Source of the DNA: a virus | Lineage: Duplodnaviria > Heunggongvirae > Uroviricota > Caudoviricetes | Virus record (IMG/VR): IMGVR_UViG_2713897161_000005 | Strand: one strand, 5' to 3' | Length of the DNA stretch: 45,139 bases | Notes under the pieces: generated by a model | What the model was told of the DNA's origin: nothing | The model's input: the letters and a program-made list of their open reading frames with translations, nothing else | Database searches by the model: none | Made by a program: the position numbers and the translations under genes | Part shown: positions 9,711-18,050 of the stretch, piece by piece | Position numbering within the stretch: the stretch's first letter is position 1 | How the letters are laid out: each line of letters begins with the position of its first letter

Positions 9711-10438
9711 TATGCAACATTACTCCCATGAACCAGGTGTTGTAGTGCTTTAACGCCTTCAGAATTGTAGCGGAATGCTTCCACCTGTTTGCTGGAATGC
9801 GCAGATTTATCCAGGAAGAACTTCCCGTACTGCTCAGTTTTGAGGTTGTTTGCGTTAGCAATGCGACCAATCTTGTTTGCCGTTACTCCAAGCTGCTCTG
9901 CGACCTCCCCTGCTGAGTAGTAATGCTCTTCTATTGCCGGAAGAGGTATTGCATTAAAACCAACGAGCGGGTTGATTATACTTGCTGCCGCTGTCTGCTT
10001 TGCCTCCGGCGCAAGATTTGGCATCAGATCGAACAGATTGGTAACAGCTTCAACCGTCATTTTCAATGTTCGCGCTTGACGATACTCAACAAGTCCACTC
10101 GACGATTTACCGCTTTTAATGTGCGCTTCTTGCATCCTTTCAAGTTGGTCTACAAGTGAGCGGCGAACAGCTTTAGATTCACGAGCAGCCACTCGAAGGG
10201 CTTGCTTAATTGACATAACAACTTTTTCAGAAGTTGTCTTGTTTGATTTTTGAACTACGAAAATTTCGTAGTGCTCACCTTCAAGTTCATCCTTAATGCG
10301 TGCAATAAAGTCGTTATTTCGAACTTCTTTTTCCCCGCACTGTCTACGAGCATGATTGACCATCTCTAACAGGTACTGGCTATCAATGGTTTTATCCGTG
10401 ACAACGGATCCGATGTTTGCTACATTCTTAAAAGTCAT
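9710..10438 (-). CDS. Antirepressor-like / phage regulatory protein (KilA-C-type C-terminal region, putative)
   Basis: Start at ATG 10438 (MTFKNVANIGS...) preceded by AAGGAA; C-terminal segment YSAGEVAEQLGVTANKIGRIANANNL resembles antirepressor DNA-binding regions (from memory). Confidence 0.45.
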   Translation of the reverse strand: MTFKNVANIGSVVTDKTIDSQYLLEMVNHARRQCGEKEVRNNDFIARIKDELEGEHYEIFVVQKSNKTTSEKVVMSIKQALRVAARESKAVRRSLVDQLERMQEAHIKSGKSSSGLVEYRQARTLKMTVEAVTNLFDLMPNLAPEAKQTAAASIINPLVGFNAIPLPAIEEHYYSAGEVAEQLGVTANKIGRIANANNLKTEQYGKFFLDKSAHSSKQVEAFRYNSEGVKALQHLVHGSNVA

Positions 10439-10475
10439 TAGGCATTCCTTATGTGGTAGTAAGGGTGTGACATAG

Positions 10476-10504
10476 GCCGCCAGCAGCACACTGGCGGTTT
10501 TTTT
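10476..10504 (+). terminator. GC-rich hairpin plus T7 tract, part of a three-segment alternative-pairing element
   Basis: GCCGCCAG(10476-83)/CTGGCGGT(10491-98) then TTTTTTT (10498-10504); a third copy ACCGCCAG at 10506-13 can pair alternatively. Lies between the two antirepressor-like genes. Confidence 0.4.
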
Positions 10505-10521
10505 CACCGCCAGATGCGTCA

Positions 10522-11445
10522 TTAATACAGATGAACAGAAGGCGGCAATTCTTTATTCTTAAGCCTTATCCATGCGGAAAGATTTGTTGGTCCGTCTGGC
10601 TCATTGATATCAACATCTCGTGTGTGGTTGATTAAAACGTCTCTCGCCGTTCCGATAACATACGAGAACTCATGACCGTAGTCGTAGCATCTGCCGGAAT
10701 AGTTCGATTGAATTTGTTTTAGCGCCGGATACAGTTCGCGGAATAATGCCTGTGAGCGGTTGGCATAATCCCATAGCCATACAAGGCTGTTTGCTTCTTT
10801 TGCAGAAAGCTCGTTGACTTTCCTCTCTTGTTTGCCGATGAACTCTCCTTCAAGCGGAACGCGAGCAGCAAGTGACAGTGCTTCGGTAAACTGCTCCTCA
10901 CTGATTTCTTTGTACGAACATCCAAAATGGGATTTCAGTGACGACCACATGGTGATCATCGCCTTAGCCTGTTTTTCTTTTGGCAGAGACTGACCGCGAC
11001 TCATGACGAGTTGTTTAATGGCTTCCTGCTGTTCAGTGGTAATTTTACCCGGCAACGCCTTTTTAGCTTTGCGTGGATTAACCACATGGCCTTTAGTCCA
11101 GTATTCGTAGAGCACATCGTCACACTCTTCCTGATACTGGATTACCTTGTCGCGGATTTCAGGGCGGACTTTGTTTGGTTGAATACTTGAAAGCCAAGCC
11201 GCAAATTTACGAAAGGCAAGACATGTCATTAACTGTTTACCGCCAGCAGAAGGTATTTCGATTTCCGAAATACCTTTGGCAAACCTTTGTTTTAACTTAA
11301 CAAATTGAGCAGCCCAAACCAGCCCCATGCCTTCAACAACAGGCCTCATAGGAACATAAGGCTCATTGTTAATTCCAACCAAAAACAGATTTGTTCCGTG
11401 GAATGGTACATTGATAGTAGATACCGCTGTTGCTATACTTTTCAT
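10522..11445 (-). CDS. Antirepressor (Ant-like), 307 aa
   Basis: Large ORF directly downstream of an Arc-like gene, as ant follows arc in P22 immI; N-terminal region looks antirepressor-like (from memory). Confidence 0.55.
   Translation of the reverse strand: MKSIATAVSTINVPFHGTNLFLVGINNEPYVPMRPVVEGMGLVWAAQFVKLKQRFAKGISEIEIPSAGGKQLMTCLAFRKFAAWLSSIQPNKVRPEIRDKVIQYQEECDDVLYEYWTKGHVVNPRKAKKALPGKITTEQQEAIKQLVMSRGQSLPKEKQAKAMITMWSSLKSHFGCSYKEISEEQFTEALSLAARVPLEGEFIGKQERKVNELSAKEANSLVWLWDYANRSQALFRELYPALKQIQSNYSGRCYDYGHEFSYVIGTARDVLINHTRDVDINEPDGPTNLSAWIRLKNKELPPSVHLY
11411..11439 (+). promoter_or_regulatory. Near-consensus sigma70 promoter antisense to ant (Psar-like)
   Basis: TTGATA (11411-16), 17-bp spacer, TATACT (11434-39); lies inside the first codons of ant on the opposite strand. 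Confidence 0.5.
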
Positions 11446-11518
11446 GTCAATATTTCCCGATCAGATTTGTTGATATAGAAGCCTCGCCAGTTCCCGCTGT
11501 CGGGGCTTCGTTATTTTT
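11446..11518 (+). ncRNA. Candidate sar-like antisense RNA (~70 nt) covering the ant RBS and arc-ant spacer
   Basis: Predicted start ~11446 from the promoter above; ends at a hairpin (11478-11509, GAAGCCUCG/CGGGGCUUC) followed by GUUAUUUUU. Same layout as P22 sar. Confidence 0.45.
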
Positions 11519-11678
11519 AGAGAGCATTCCGCATTTTCTCCCGGTACTTCAACCACCAAGCAAGTCCCTGAACCAACACTGAGTTTTCTGACATCCCCTC
11601 TTCCTTGGCGATGCGTTTCACCTCCTCCTTAAAACGGTACGGATACCGAAGAGTTGTCTTCACTTCATTCTTTTCCAT
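11517..11678 (-). CDS. arc: Arc-like ribbon-helix-helix repressor (53 aa)
   Basis: Uncalled small ORF with AAGGAG 7 nt upstream of ATG: MEKNEVKTTLRYPYRFKEEVKRIAKEEGMSENSVLVQGL...; matches the Arc pattern LRWPREV...ENGRSVNSEI. Confidence 0.55.
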   Translation of the reverse strand: MEKNEVKTTLRYPYRFKEEVKRIAKEEGMSENSVLVQGLAWWLKYREKMRNAL

Positions 11679-11700
11679 TGATCACTCCTTTTTACGTAAT

Positions 11701-11761
11701 GGCATTATGCCTTGAAAGCAATATGCCATCATTGAATATAAATAGCAATATGCCATCATTG
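11701..11761. promoter_or_regulatory. Divergent promoter/operator region between arc and mnt
   Basis: Two perfect 17-bp direct repeats GCAATATGCCATCATTG (11718-34, 11745-61); palindrome GGCATtATGCC (11701-11); TTGAAA(11712-17)...TATAAA candidate promoter toward mnt. Confidence 0.45.
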
Positions 11762-11780
11762 TTTTTTTTGAGGTGATGTT

Positions 11781-12101
11781 ATGGCTGAAAAACAGGTTAA
11801 AGATTACGAAAAGTTTGTTGTGCGTTTCCCTGACGGGATGAGGGACGCGATTGCGGAGAGAGCCAAACGAAACGGGCGCTCTATGAACTCAGAGATTGTG
11901 CAGATACTGGAAGATGCCTTGAATGCAGAAAATACTCTTGGGGAAATAGCAGACAAAATCAACAGCGTCTCGGTTCCGCTAAATGTTGATGCGCTAGTTC
12001 AACTTCAAGCCCAAGTGATCGCCATGCAAAAAGAAATACAGGAAAAATTCAGAGAGCAGAACGAAAAGTTGAGAGAACTGCTAAACAAAAAACCCACCTG
12101 A
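11781..12101 (+). CDS. mnt: Mnt-like ribbon-helix-helix repressor (106 aa)
   Basis: N-terminus FVVRFPDGMRDAIAERAKRNGRSMNSEIVQILEDAL matches the Mnt/Arc RHH pattern; GAGGTGA RBS; divergent from arc. Confidence 0.6.
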   Translation: MAEKQVKDYEKFVVRFPDGMRDAIAERAKRNGRSMNSEIVQILEDALNAENTLGEIADKINSVSVPLNVDALVQLQAQVIAMQKEIQEKFREQNEKLRELLNKKPT

Positions 12102-12112
12102 CGGTGGGTTTT
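12089..12112. terminator. Bidirectional intrinsic terminator between convergent mnt and the lipoprotein gene
   Basis: 10-bp stem AAAACCCACC/GGTGGGTTTT with 4-nt loop; T-rich on both strands; overlaps the mnt stop codon. Confidence 0.55.
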
Positions 12113-12135
12113 CATTACATATCAATTAATACCTA

Positions 12136-12798
12136 TTATCTTCTGATCGCTTTACGCCAATCCCCGGATAATCTAGATATATCCCAACACGACTGAACAA
12201 CTTCAGTAAAATACTCTCTATCCATTGGCGCGATTCCTGGCCAATCTTTCATTCGATTTACTAACGCATCTTTTGGTATGCCCTTCTTTTGATTCAAGGA
12301 GGTTTGTTCGCAAATCGCCCTTACCGCAGCATCATATTCAGCCTGAGCATAATGATTCACACTAAGAAGCACAGTGTATGCTGTTGAAAGTGAATTCATG
12401 GAAGATGAGAGTTCTTTCTTCCTCCGACACTCTTTATCAGCAAGGCATTTCTCTTCAGCTAGTTTTTTTTCCGCTCTCTTCTTGTTATTGAAGGCGTTAA
12501 TCCCAGAATCATAAGCGTTAGCCCATACATTGTAATAACACTCTCCATCCCAGCCGCATTGCGTGGTATCTGGAGCGACAAGAATCATCCCTGTTTTTTT
12601 TAGATAATCATTTTTAAGCCTATTAACAGTCCATGACTCTCCGCTTTTTGCTACATACTCTTTATCACCGAATTCGCTTTGCTGTTGCTGAGTGGTTGGT
12701 GGGGTTATCGAACACCCGTACAATAAAGAAGCAGAAAGAATCAAGAGAAAGTGTGATTTTATTTTTCTTACACATTCACCACGATTAATTAATGCCAT
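12136..12798 (-). CDS. Putative lipoprotein / secreted Cys-rich protein (220 aa), accessory gene
   Basis: Signal-peptide-like N-terminus with lipobox-like LLYGC; AGGAG RBS; AT-rich by eye; sits beside mnt where P22 carries sieA. Confidence 0.5.
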   Translation of the reverse strand: MALINRGECVRKIKSHFLLILSASLLYGCSITPPTTQQQQSEFGDKEYVAKSGESWTVNRLKNDYLKKTGMILVAPDTTQCGWDGECYYNVWANAYDSGINAFNNKKRAEKKLAEEKCLADKECRRKKELSSSMNSLSTAYTVLLSVNHYAQAEYDAAVRAICEQTSLNQKKGIPKDALVNRMKDWPGIAPMDREYFTEVVQSCWDISRLSGDWRKAIRR

Positions 12799-12996
12799 AC
12801 GGCGACTCCTGTCAATTTAGCATGATATACAACGGATTACCTTTGAGTTGTTCATCATATTAACGAACACAATAACTTCAGGTAAACACCTAATCCTCCC
12901 TCATCATCATGCATGAAGAAAAAACACGTATTTATCATACATGTAGCATTAATGACTGTTACCTCCAATTGGTTGGCAAAAATCATCACTGACAGG

Positions 12997-13245
12997 CTAT
13001 GATTTGAATAAGTGCTCATGCCGTGCTGATAGCTCTACTAGCAACTTCATCGCTTCTACCGCGTCTGCCGAGGTTGATTTAGGTGACGCAGCAATGGACC
13101 TGAGTGTGCTCTCTAAACTACACAGGGATAGAGAATATGCCAAATTTAGCTTTATCACGGCGGCTAAGTCTGTTTCATCATGGTTTACGAGTTTGTCTGC
13201 TTCTTCTGGGGTATACCCACTCGCAACCAATCGTGCGTGCATCAT
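12997..13245 (-). CDS. Hypothetical protein (82 aa)
   Basis: Minus-strand ORF preferred over the overlapping plus-strand ORF 13004-13255 because of composition and local gene polarity. Confidence 0.3.
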   Translation of the reverse strand: MMHARLVASGYTPEEADKLVNHDETDLAAVIKLNLAYSLSLCSLESTLRSIAASPKSTSADAVEAMKLLVELSARHEHLFKS

Positions 13246-13329
13246 CTCTTTGTAAGAGTGTTCAATTGCTTTTATGATAATAACCTATTGGTAATAATTC
13301 CAGGATTAAAAAACTCTTGATAGTAGTAA

Positions 13330-13569
13330 TTAATTTCCATCAAGAGCAGCAAGCAGCGAAGTGCGCAACTTTTCTTGAGTCATTTTCAACTCTCCGCTCT
13401 TTGCTTGCCTGCGAAGATCATCGACCACCATTTTGGTGAATTCTGTAGGGGTAATCTCACTCTCGATAGAGACCTCTCTCCCAAGAAGCAATGATATCCC
13501 ACCCAAAATCAGGCTAAAGGCATTACCAATATTTTTTAACGATGGAGTGTAAACGATGGAAAGTTTCAT
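13330..13569 (-). CDS. Hypothetical protein (79 aa) immediately downstream of the tape measure gene
   Basis: ORF with a hydrophobic central segment; weak RBS. Confidence 0.3.
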   Translation of the reverse strand: MKLSIVYTPSLKNIGNAFSLILGGISLLLGREVSIESEITPTEFTKMVVDDLRRQAKSGELKMTQEKLRTSLLAALDGN

Positions 13570-13624
13570 TTTTACCGTCCGACTTCAGTTAACGGATACA
13601 AGCACAGGAAACGTTACAAGGTGA

Positions 13625-15439
13625 CTAAGGCATTGCACTAGAAAATGCCGCGTTTGTTGACACCCGGCTAACTTGCTGATTGACACTTCTGGTAAGAGCA
13701 TCAACTGTTGTCGGGTTACTGTTAACAACAACCGTGCCAATAGTTGTACTGCTGCTACGACTGTTGTCAATTTTTGATGTTGTCTGGCTTGGTGTTGAAG
13801 CGATGCGTTGCTGCTGCTGATAGTAAGCCAGCGTCTCGTTTTCTTTTGCATTAAGAGCGGCGCGAATCTTTGGCACATATTCTCGCGTCTCTTTCGGTAA
13901 GGTGTTCCAGTATTTGGATGATGGTGAATCAAACCCGGTACTGGATATGTATTTTAACTTTTTGTCTACATTGCCCATCCCCCAGTTGTAAGCCATCAGC
14001 GCATGGTTAACATTGCCTTTATAGTGCTTTAGCAAATCCCTCATGAACCTTTCAGCAGCAGCGCGAGATTTTACCTCATCAAGACGCTCATCAATCCCAT
14101 CACCGACCTTTAACCCGTACGCTATGGCAGTATCCTTCATGAACTGATACGGACCAACAGCACCTTTCGGGCTGTAAAGTTTTTTACCACCACTCGATTC
14201 CACCTCACGAATGGCATCAAGAAGAGAATCCATGCTTACAGGCTTTACTCCGTCAGGGAGAGGGATATCTGGCTGAATGTTATTGCCATAAATCTCATCT
14301 CCCCTACGCCCAAAATCGGTGTCAAACCCCATGCTGCGCATGGTATCTCCAAGTTCACGCTTAGAGTAATCAAACGATCCTTTAGCTGCACCCTCAATGT
14401 TTTCCCTGTCATTGTAGAGGTACAAACCATATGCTATTAACCCAGCCAACCATGGAGGAAGGGCACCGCCTGTAAGTTTGCTTCCTACATATGCTGCTGC
14501 CAATAGCTTCAGAGCCTCTTCCGCGCCACCAACTGCCTTTGTGAATTGCTTCGTCATATTCCCGGCGTCATTGAAAAAGCCAATGATGTCGCCATGATGT
14601 TTCTCAATCCAGGAACCAAAAGCCTTCATCCCGTCAATAACGTCTGGAGCGAATGCCATGGCTAAATTTTGCTTTAATCGGGAAAACTCTGAATCAAGTT
14701 GACCAAGAGTGGCGGCAACCTTCTCCTGCTCTTTTACCTGCTGTGCGCTAATACGGGATTTCTTTGTTTCTGAATCGACAAGCTGCTTAAGTTCCCCTGA
14801 TTTTATTTTAGCGGCATCTGTCGGATCGAACCCTGCGGCCGCCATCACCTGCATCAGGTTTTCTTGAGAATGAGTCTTGCCATAGCGAGAAAACTCAGCA
14901 AGAGCCTTGTTTGGGTCACCGAGCTTATTGATATCTAATCCGGTACGAGCGCCAAGAACCAGCAAATTTTGGGCAGCGCCAGTAAGCCCCCCCATAACAG
15001 TTGGATCGGCAATATTTGCCAAAGCCATTCTGGCATTCCCAGAAGATGAAATGAACGAGTCACCGTTAAGACCAGCCTGGCGAAATCCCCGCTGAACACC
15101 AAACATCTTATTAACATCAGAACCGAAAAACTTGGCCTGTTGACTGGCTCTCACGATTTCGTTGGCAGTAGATGTAAAAAGTTGCTTGATTCCATACAAC
15201 CCGGCGCCAATTCCCAAAAATCCAGCGGCTGCGGTTGTCACGTTGCGGAAAGCTGAAACAGCGGTTTTACCGAACCTCTCCGTTTCCTGCCGCTGTTTTT
15301 CAAGTTCCTTTAGCCTTTCCTTCTCAGCCCTGGAAAGATCTTTGTTTAATTTACTAACTTCATCTTTTACTTTCCGTTTTCCATTCAGGAATTCATCGGC
15401 CTTAATTGTGACCTTGTAGGCCAACTCATTGATAATCAT
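13625..15439 (-). CDS. Tail tape measure protein with lytic transglycosylase-like region
   Basis: 604 aa, N-terminal coiled-coil-like region; C-proximal EVESSGGKK...GPYQFMKDTA...AYNWGMG resembles SLT catalytic motifs (ES...AYNxG). Confidence 0.7.
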   Translation of the reverse strand: MIINELAYKVTIKADEFLNGKRKVKDEVSKLNKDLSRAEKERLKELEKQRQETERFGKTAVSAFRNVTTAAAGFLGIGAGLYGIKQLFTSTANEIVRASQQAKFFGSDVNKMFGVQRGFRQAGLNGDSFISSSGNARMALANIADPTVMGGLTGAAQNLLVLGARTGLDINKLGDPNKALAEFSRYGKTHSQENLMQVMAAAGFDPTDAAKIKSGELKQLVDSETKKSRISAQQVKEQEKVAATLGQLDSEFSRLKQNLAMAFAPDVIDGMKAFGSWIEKHHGDIIGFFNDAGNMTKQFTKAVGGAEEALKLLAAAYVGSKLTGGALPPWLAGLIAYGLYLYNDRENIEGAAKGSFDYSKRELGDTMRSMGFDTDFGRRGDEIYGNNIQPDIPLPDGVKPVSMDSLLDAIREVESSGGKKLYSPKGAVGPYQFMKDTAIAYGLKVGDGIDERLDEVKSRAAAERFMRDLLKHYKGNVNHALMAYNWGMGNVDKKLKYISSTGFDSPSSKYWNTLPKETREYVPKIRAALNAKENETLAYYQQQQRIASTPSQTTSKIDNSRSSSTTIGTVVVNSNPTTVDALTRSVNQQVSRVSTNAAFSSAMP

Positions 15440-15654
15440 CGCTGCTCCTGATGTTTATTCCAGACCCGCTTGTTAAATGATTCCACCGAGATAATTTCCA
15501 GAAGGTTATACATATCACGAACAGATAACCGTTCCTGTAAATCGGTATAAGTGGCTTTTCCTGAACAGATAATGGCGTTCATTGATGGTGTGACGTTTAC
15601 GGGGTTAACGAGTTTTGCCGGAAGAGTCTCCTCCTCCATGAACGGGTACTTCAC
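15436..15654 (-). CDS. Tail assembly chaperone, frameshift-extension ORF (T-like part)
   Basis: 72-aa ORF in the -1 frame relative to the upstream 135-aa ORF; lacks a good independent ATG (track start is GTG at 15654). Confidence 0.45.
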   Translation of the reverse strand: MKYPFMEEETLPAKLVNPVNVTPSMNAIICSGKATYTDLQERLSVRDMYNLLEIISVESFNKRVWNKHQEQR

Positions 15655-16058
15655 TCTCCGGCGATCGTTAAAAAATCAAAATTGACTTTAAATACCTTAT
15701 CCATTACCTGACGAATGGTTGATACCTCTTCAAAGTCGACAGGCTTCACGGTTCGCACCTGTCTGCTGCCTTCGTGTGTAATCACAATTTGCACAGTTGA
15801 CATCAGGCGATCACGCAGTTTTCTGGCAACTTCCGGCGATGCGGCAGAAAGAACATTCAGACCAAGGGTGGCAAGGCCAGCACACCCCATGGCAATCACA
15901 TCAGCAGGAATACCAGAGAATCCCGATTCCCCCATGGAGCGGAATAAATCCTGTGCCAGTTCGTCGGCATCCCATGCCGACATCTCTGTGATAATGAACT
16001 CTTTCCCATTGTCGCGATTATCGTCTTCCACGATAAAGGGGATTTCTTTACGTGCCAT
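15651..16058 (-). CDS. Tail assembly chaperone (G-like, 135 aa)
   Basis: Position between the tail tube and tape measure genes, with the frameshift partner downstream. Confidence 0.5.
   Translation of the reverse strand: MARKEIPFIVEDDNRDNGKEFIITEMSAWDADELAQDLFRSMGESGFSGIPADVIAMGCAGLATLGLNVLSAASPEVARKLRDRLMSTVQIVITHEGSRQVRTVKPVDFEEVSTIRQVMDKVFKVNFDFLTIAGE
15669..15675 (-). promoter_or_regulatory. Candidate -1 ribosomal frameshift slippery heptamer U_UUU_UUA
   Basis: Minus-strand GAT TTT TTA gives X_XXY_YYZ = T_TTT_TTA in the zero frame, 5 codons before the 135-aa ORF stop; the -1 frame continues into the 72-aa ORF. Confidence 0.5.
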
Positions 16059-16492
16059 CAGATAGTGCTCCGTGTTACAGACTCAAAGTGAAATACTGCC
16101 GGGCGTGGTTGCAGTACGCGCCGACCCGGAGGGGTTGGAGTCCATGTATAAAGAACCCCGTTCACAAAATTCCACTTCGCGCCGAGAGCTGGAACTGTAA
16201 GCACCGCATTACACTGAAACGCTGAAATTGCAGTTCTCTCCGCTGCATACCAGTCATCAATCAGCGAGCCAGCATTGGATGTGGGCATCAGGTTGATGGT
16301 GAACTCTGTCGGGTTAAAGATAAAACCAGCATGGTATTTACCGTCCGCTGACATCATGTCTTCTTTGTTCTGTAACGCACCAGTTTCAAACATGTTATCA
16401 GCTGCGTAGTCGTCAACATCAAAACCGCCAGGGTAGTAAGCGGGTACAACGATTCGCAGCTTACTGTTTGCCGAGGTAATATCGATAGGCAT
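16058..16492 (-). CDS. Tail tube protein (putative)
   Basis: 144-aa ORF directly downstream of the sheath gene in the conserved sheath-tube order. Confidence 0.5.
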   Translation of the reverse strand: MPIDITSANSKLRIVVPAYYPGGFDVDDYAADNMFETGALQNKEDMMSADGKYHAGFIFNPTEFTINLMPTSNAGSLIDDWYAAERTAISAFQCNAVLTVPALGAKWNFVNGVLYTWTPTPPGRRVLQPRPAVFHFESVTRSTI

Positions 16493-16503
16493 GATTTATT
16501 CCC

Positions 16504-17994
16504 TTATAAAATCGCGGTTGAGGACATTGTGATGGACTGAATAAGTTGCCCATCGACATAATAGAAAATGACACCTTTCAGGTCGCGCTCAATGCGTGCA
16601 GAGCCTGACTGTGTCGGGATGTACAGGAACCAGCCCTGTGAATACAGCGTCGATGAGATATCTTTTCCAACTGTGTTATTCACAATTCTGGTTTGCGCAT
16701 TATCAAGTTTCACGCCACGCTGAATAGCCCCGAAATTGAGAGCCTGTTCAGCAACATCAATAACAGCAGCAGAAACTGCGCCGTATCCTGTCTCATTGAA
16801 CGGGTAAGACTGGTTATTGGTGAACAGGTTAGCAAAAGCACTAACCAGATTGGCATTAATCCATACCTGATTAATAAAACTGTCCAGCCATACAAACTTG
16901 CCAGTAATGGCACCATCAGATGCGTACTGCGCCATTGTTTTGTTCAGGCTGTATGAGCCGTAGAAGTTGTAACCGTTTGATTTCAGTGCCTGAGCGGTCG
17001 CCAGATCGCTTACGTTGGGTGCTAACCCTGAAAATCCACGGAACTTGAACGAGATACGCCCATTGGTGCGTGCAAAATCCACGGATGCAGCATATGCCAG
17101 TGCTGTAACGCTATACAGGTATGTTCCGTACACCGGAAAAATGTTCTCGTAGCCATTTGCCACAACCACTTTCTGCACAAAGCAATTTGCATTATTGGCT
17201 ACCGTTCCTGCTGAAGTGGTATCGTGAACAACATATCCAAACCGGTTTTTACTGCTGCTTGCCCATGCGCACAATTCTGTTTTCTGGTCATCGGTCAGTT
17301 CGACCAGCGAGTTAAACAGGATCCAGTTCTGGTTGACGTTGATGATGTTGTTCATCGTGTCTGTCAGCGTTACCGCATCATAACCCGGTGATACAATCGC
17401 TGCGGAATCCTGCGTAAGTAACAACCCGGTAGCCAGAGCGCCAGCAGAGGCATAAGACACTTCACTCTCTGCGCCAGTAGTGGCAGAGCGAATGATGAAT
17501 CGGTTAGCTATTGGCAACCATTCAACCACCACCTTGCTTGCACCAATTCCAACCTGCAACTTGGACGCAATGTCGCTAAAACTTGTGGCTGTGGACAAAT
17601 CAATTGATGTGCTGGTAGTCGACTCACCGTCAATGGAAAGGGTGATTGTTCCTGCTGGAATCGCTTTCAGTGTTGCCAGGGTAACACCTTTCAGGTTGCC
17701 GGACAGAAGATACCCAGCCACTGGTGAAGTAACAATACGATACATCAGCAGTTCACCAGGAATAACGGATGAGTTTTCGTATCCGTTAAAATACTGTTGT
17801 GCTGCGAGGAATTCTTTCGATTCACTCCCCATCAAAGCTGATACATCAGATGAGGAGTAATAAGATTGTACCGCGCCAACCGGGATAAGCTCGTTATCGG
17901 TCAACATCAGGCCGTTAGCATCAACCGCAGAACCGGCAGGCGTAACGACATTGGGCGTGATATTAAAATCTACAGATAAAGGGATTGTGCTCAT
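16504..17994 (-). CDS. Tail sheath protein (putative)
   Basis: 496-aa ORF; size and position typical of contractile tail sheath. Confidence 0.6.
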   Translation of the reverse strand: MSTIPLSVDFNITPNVVTPAGSAVDANGLMLTDNELIPVGAVQSYYSSSDVSALMGSESKEFLAAQQYFNGYENSSVIPGELLMYRIVTSPVAGYLLSGNLKGVTLATLKAIPAGTITLSIDGESTTSTSIDLSTATSFSDIASKLQVGIGASKVVVEWLPIANRFIIRSATTGAESEVSYASAGALATGLLLTQDSAAIVSPGYDAVTLTDTMNNIINVNQNWILFNSLVELTDDQKTELCAWASSSKNRFGYVVHDTTSAGTVANNANCFVQKVVVANGYENIFPVYGTYLYSVTALAYAASVDFARTNGRISFKFRGFSGLAPNVSDLATAQALKSNGYNFYGSYSLNKTMAQYASDGAITGKFVWLDSFINQVWINANLVSAFANLFTNNQSYPFNETGYGAVSAAVIDVAEQALNFGAIQRGVKLDNAQTRIVNNTVGKDISSTLYSQGWFLYIPTQSGSARIERDLKGVIFYYVDGQLIQSITMSSTAIL

Positions 17995-18018
17995 GACAAT
18001 ATTTATACCTTTGATAAA

Positions 18019-18027
18019 TGATATAAT
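18019..18027 (+). promoter_or_regulatory. Extended -10 promoter element (TGaTATAAT) for the HNH gene
   Basis: TGATATAAT at 18019-18027, about 24 nt upstream of ATG 18051, with AGGAGG RBS at 18040-45. Confidence 0.4.
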
Positions 18028-18050
18028 ACCTCAGCATCCAGGAGGTTATC

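Noticed and set aside
13004-13255. Plus-strand ORF overlapping the 82-aa minus-strand ORF
   Set aside because: Ser/Ala-rich low-complexity translation and TTG start; the minus-strand frame agrees with local gene polarity.
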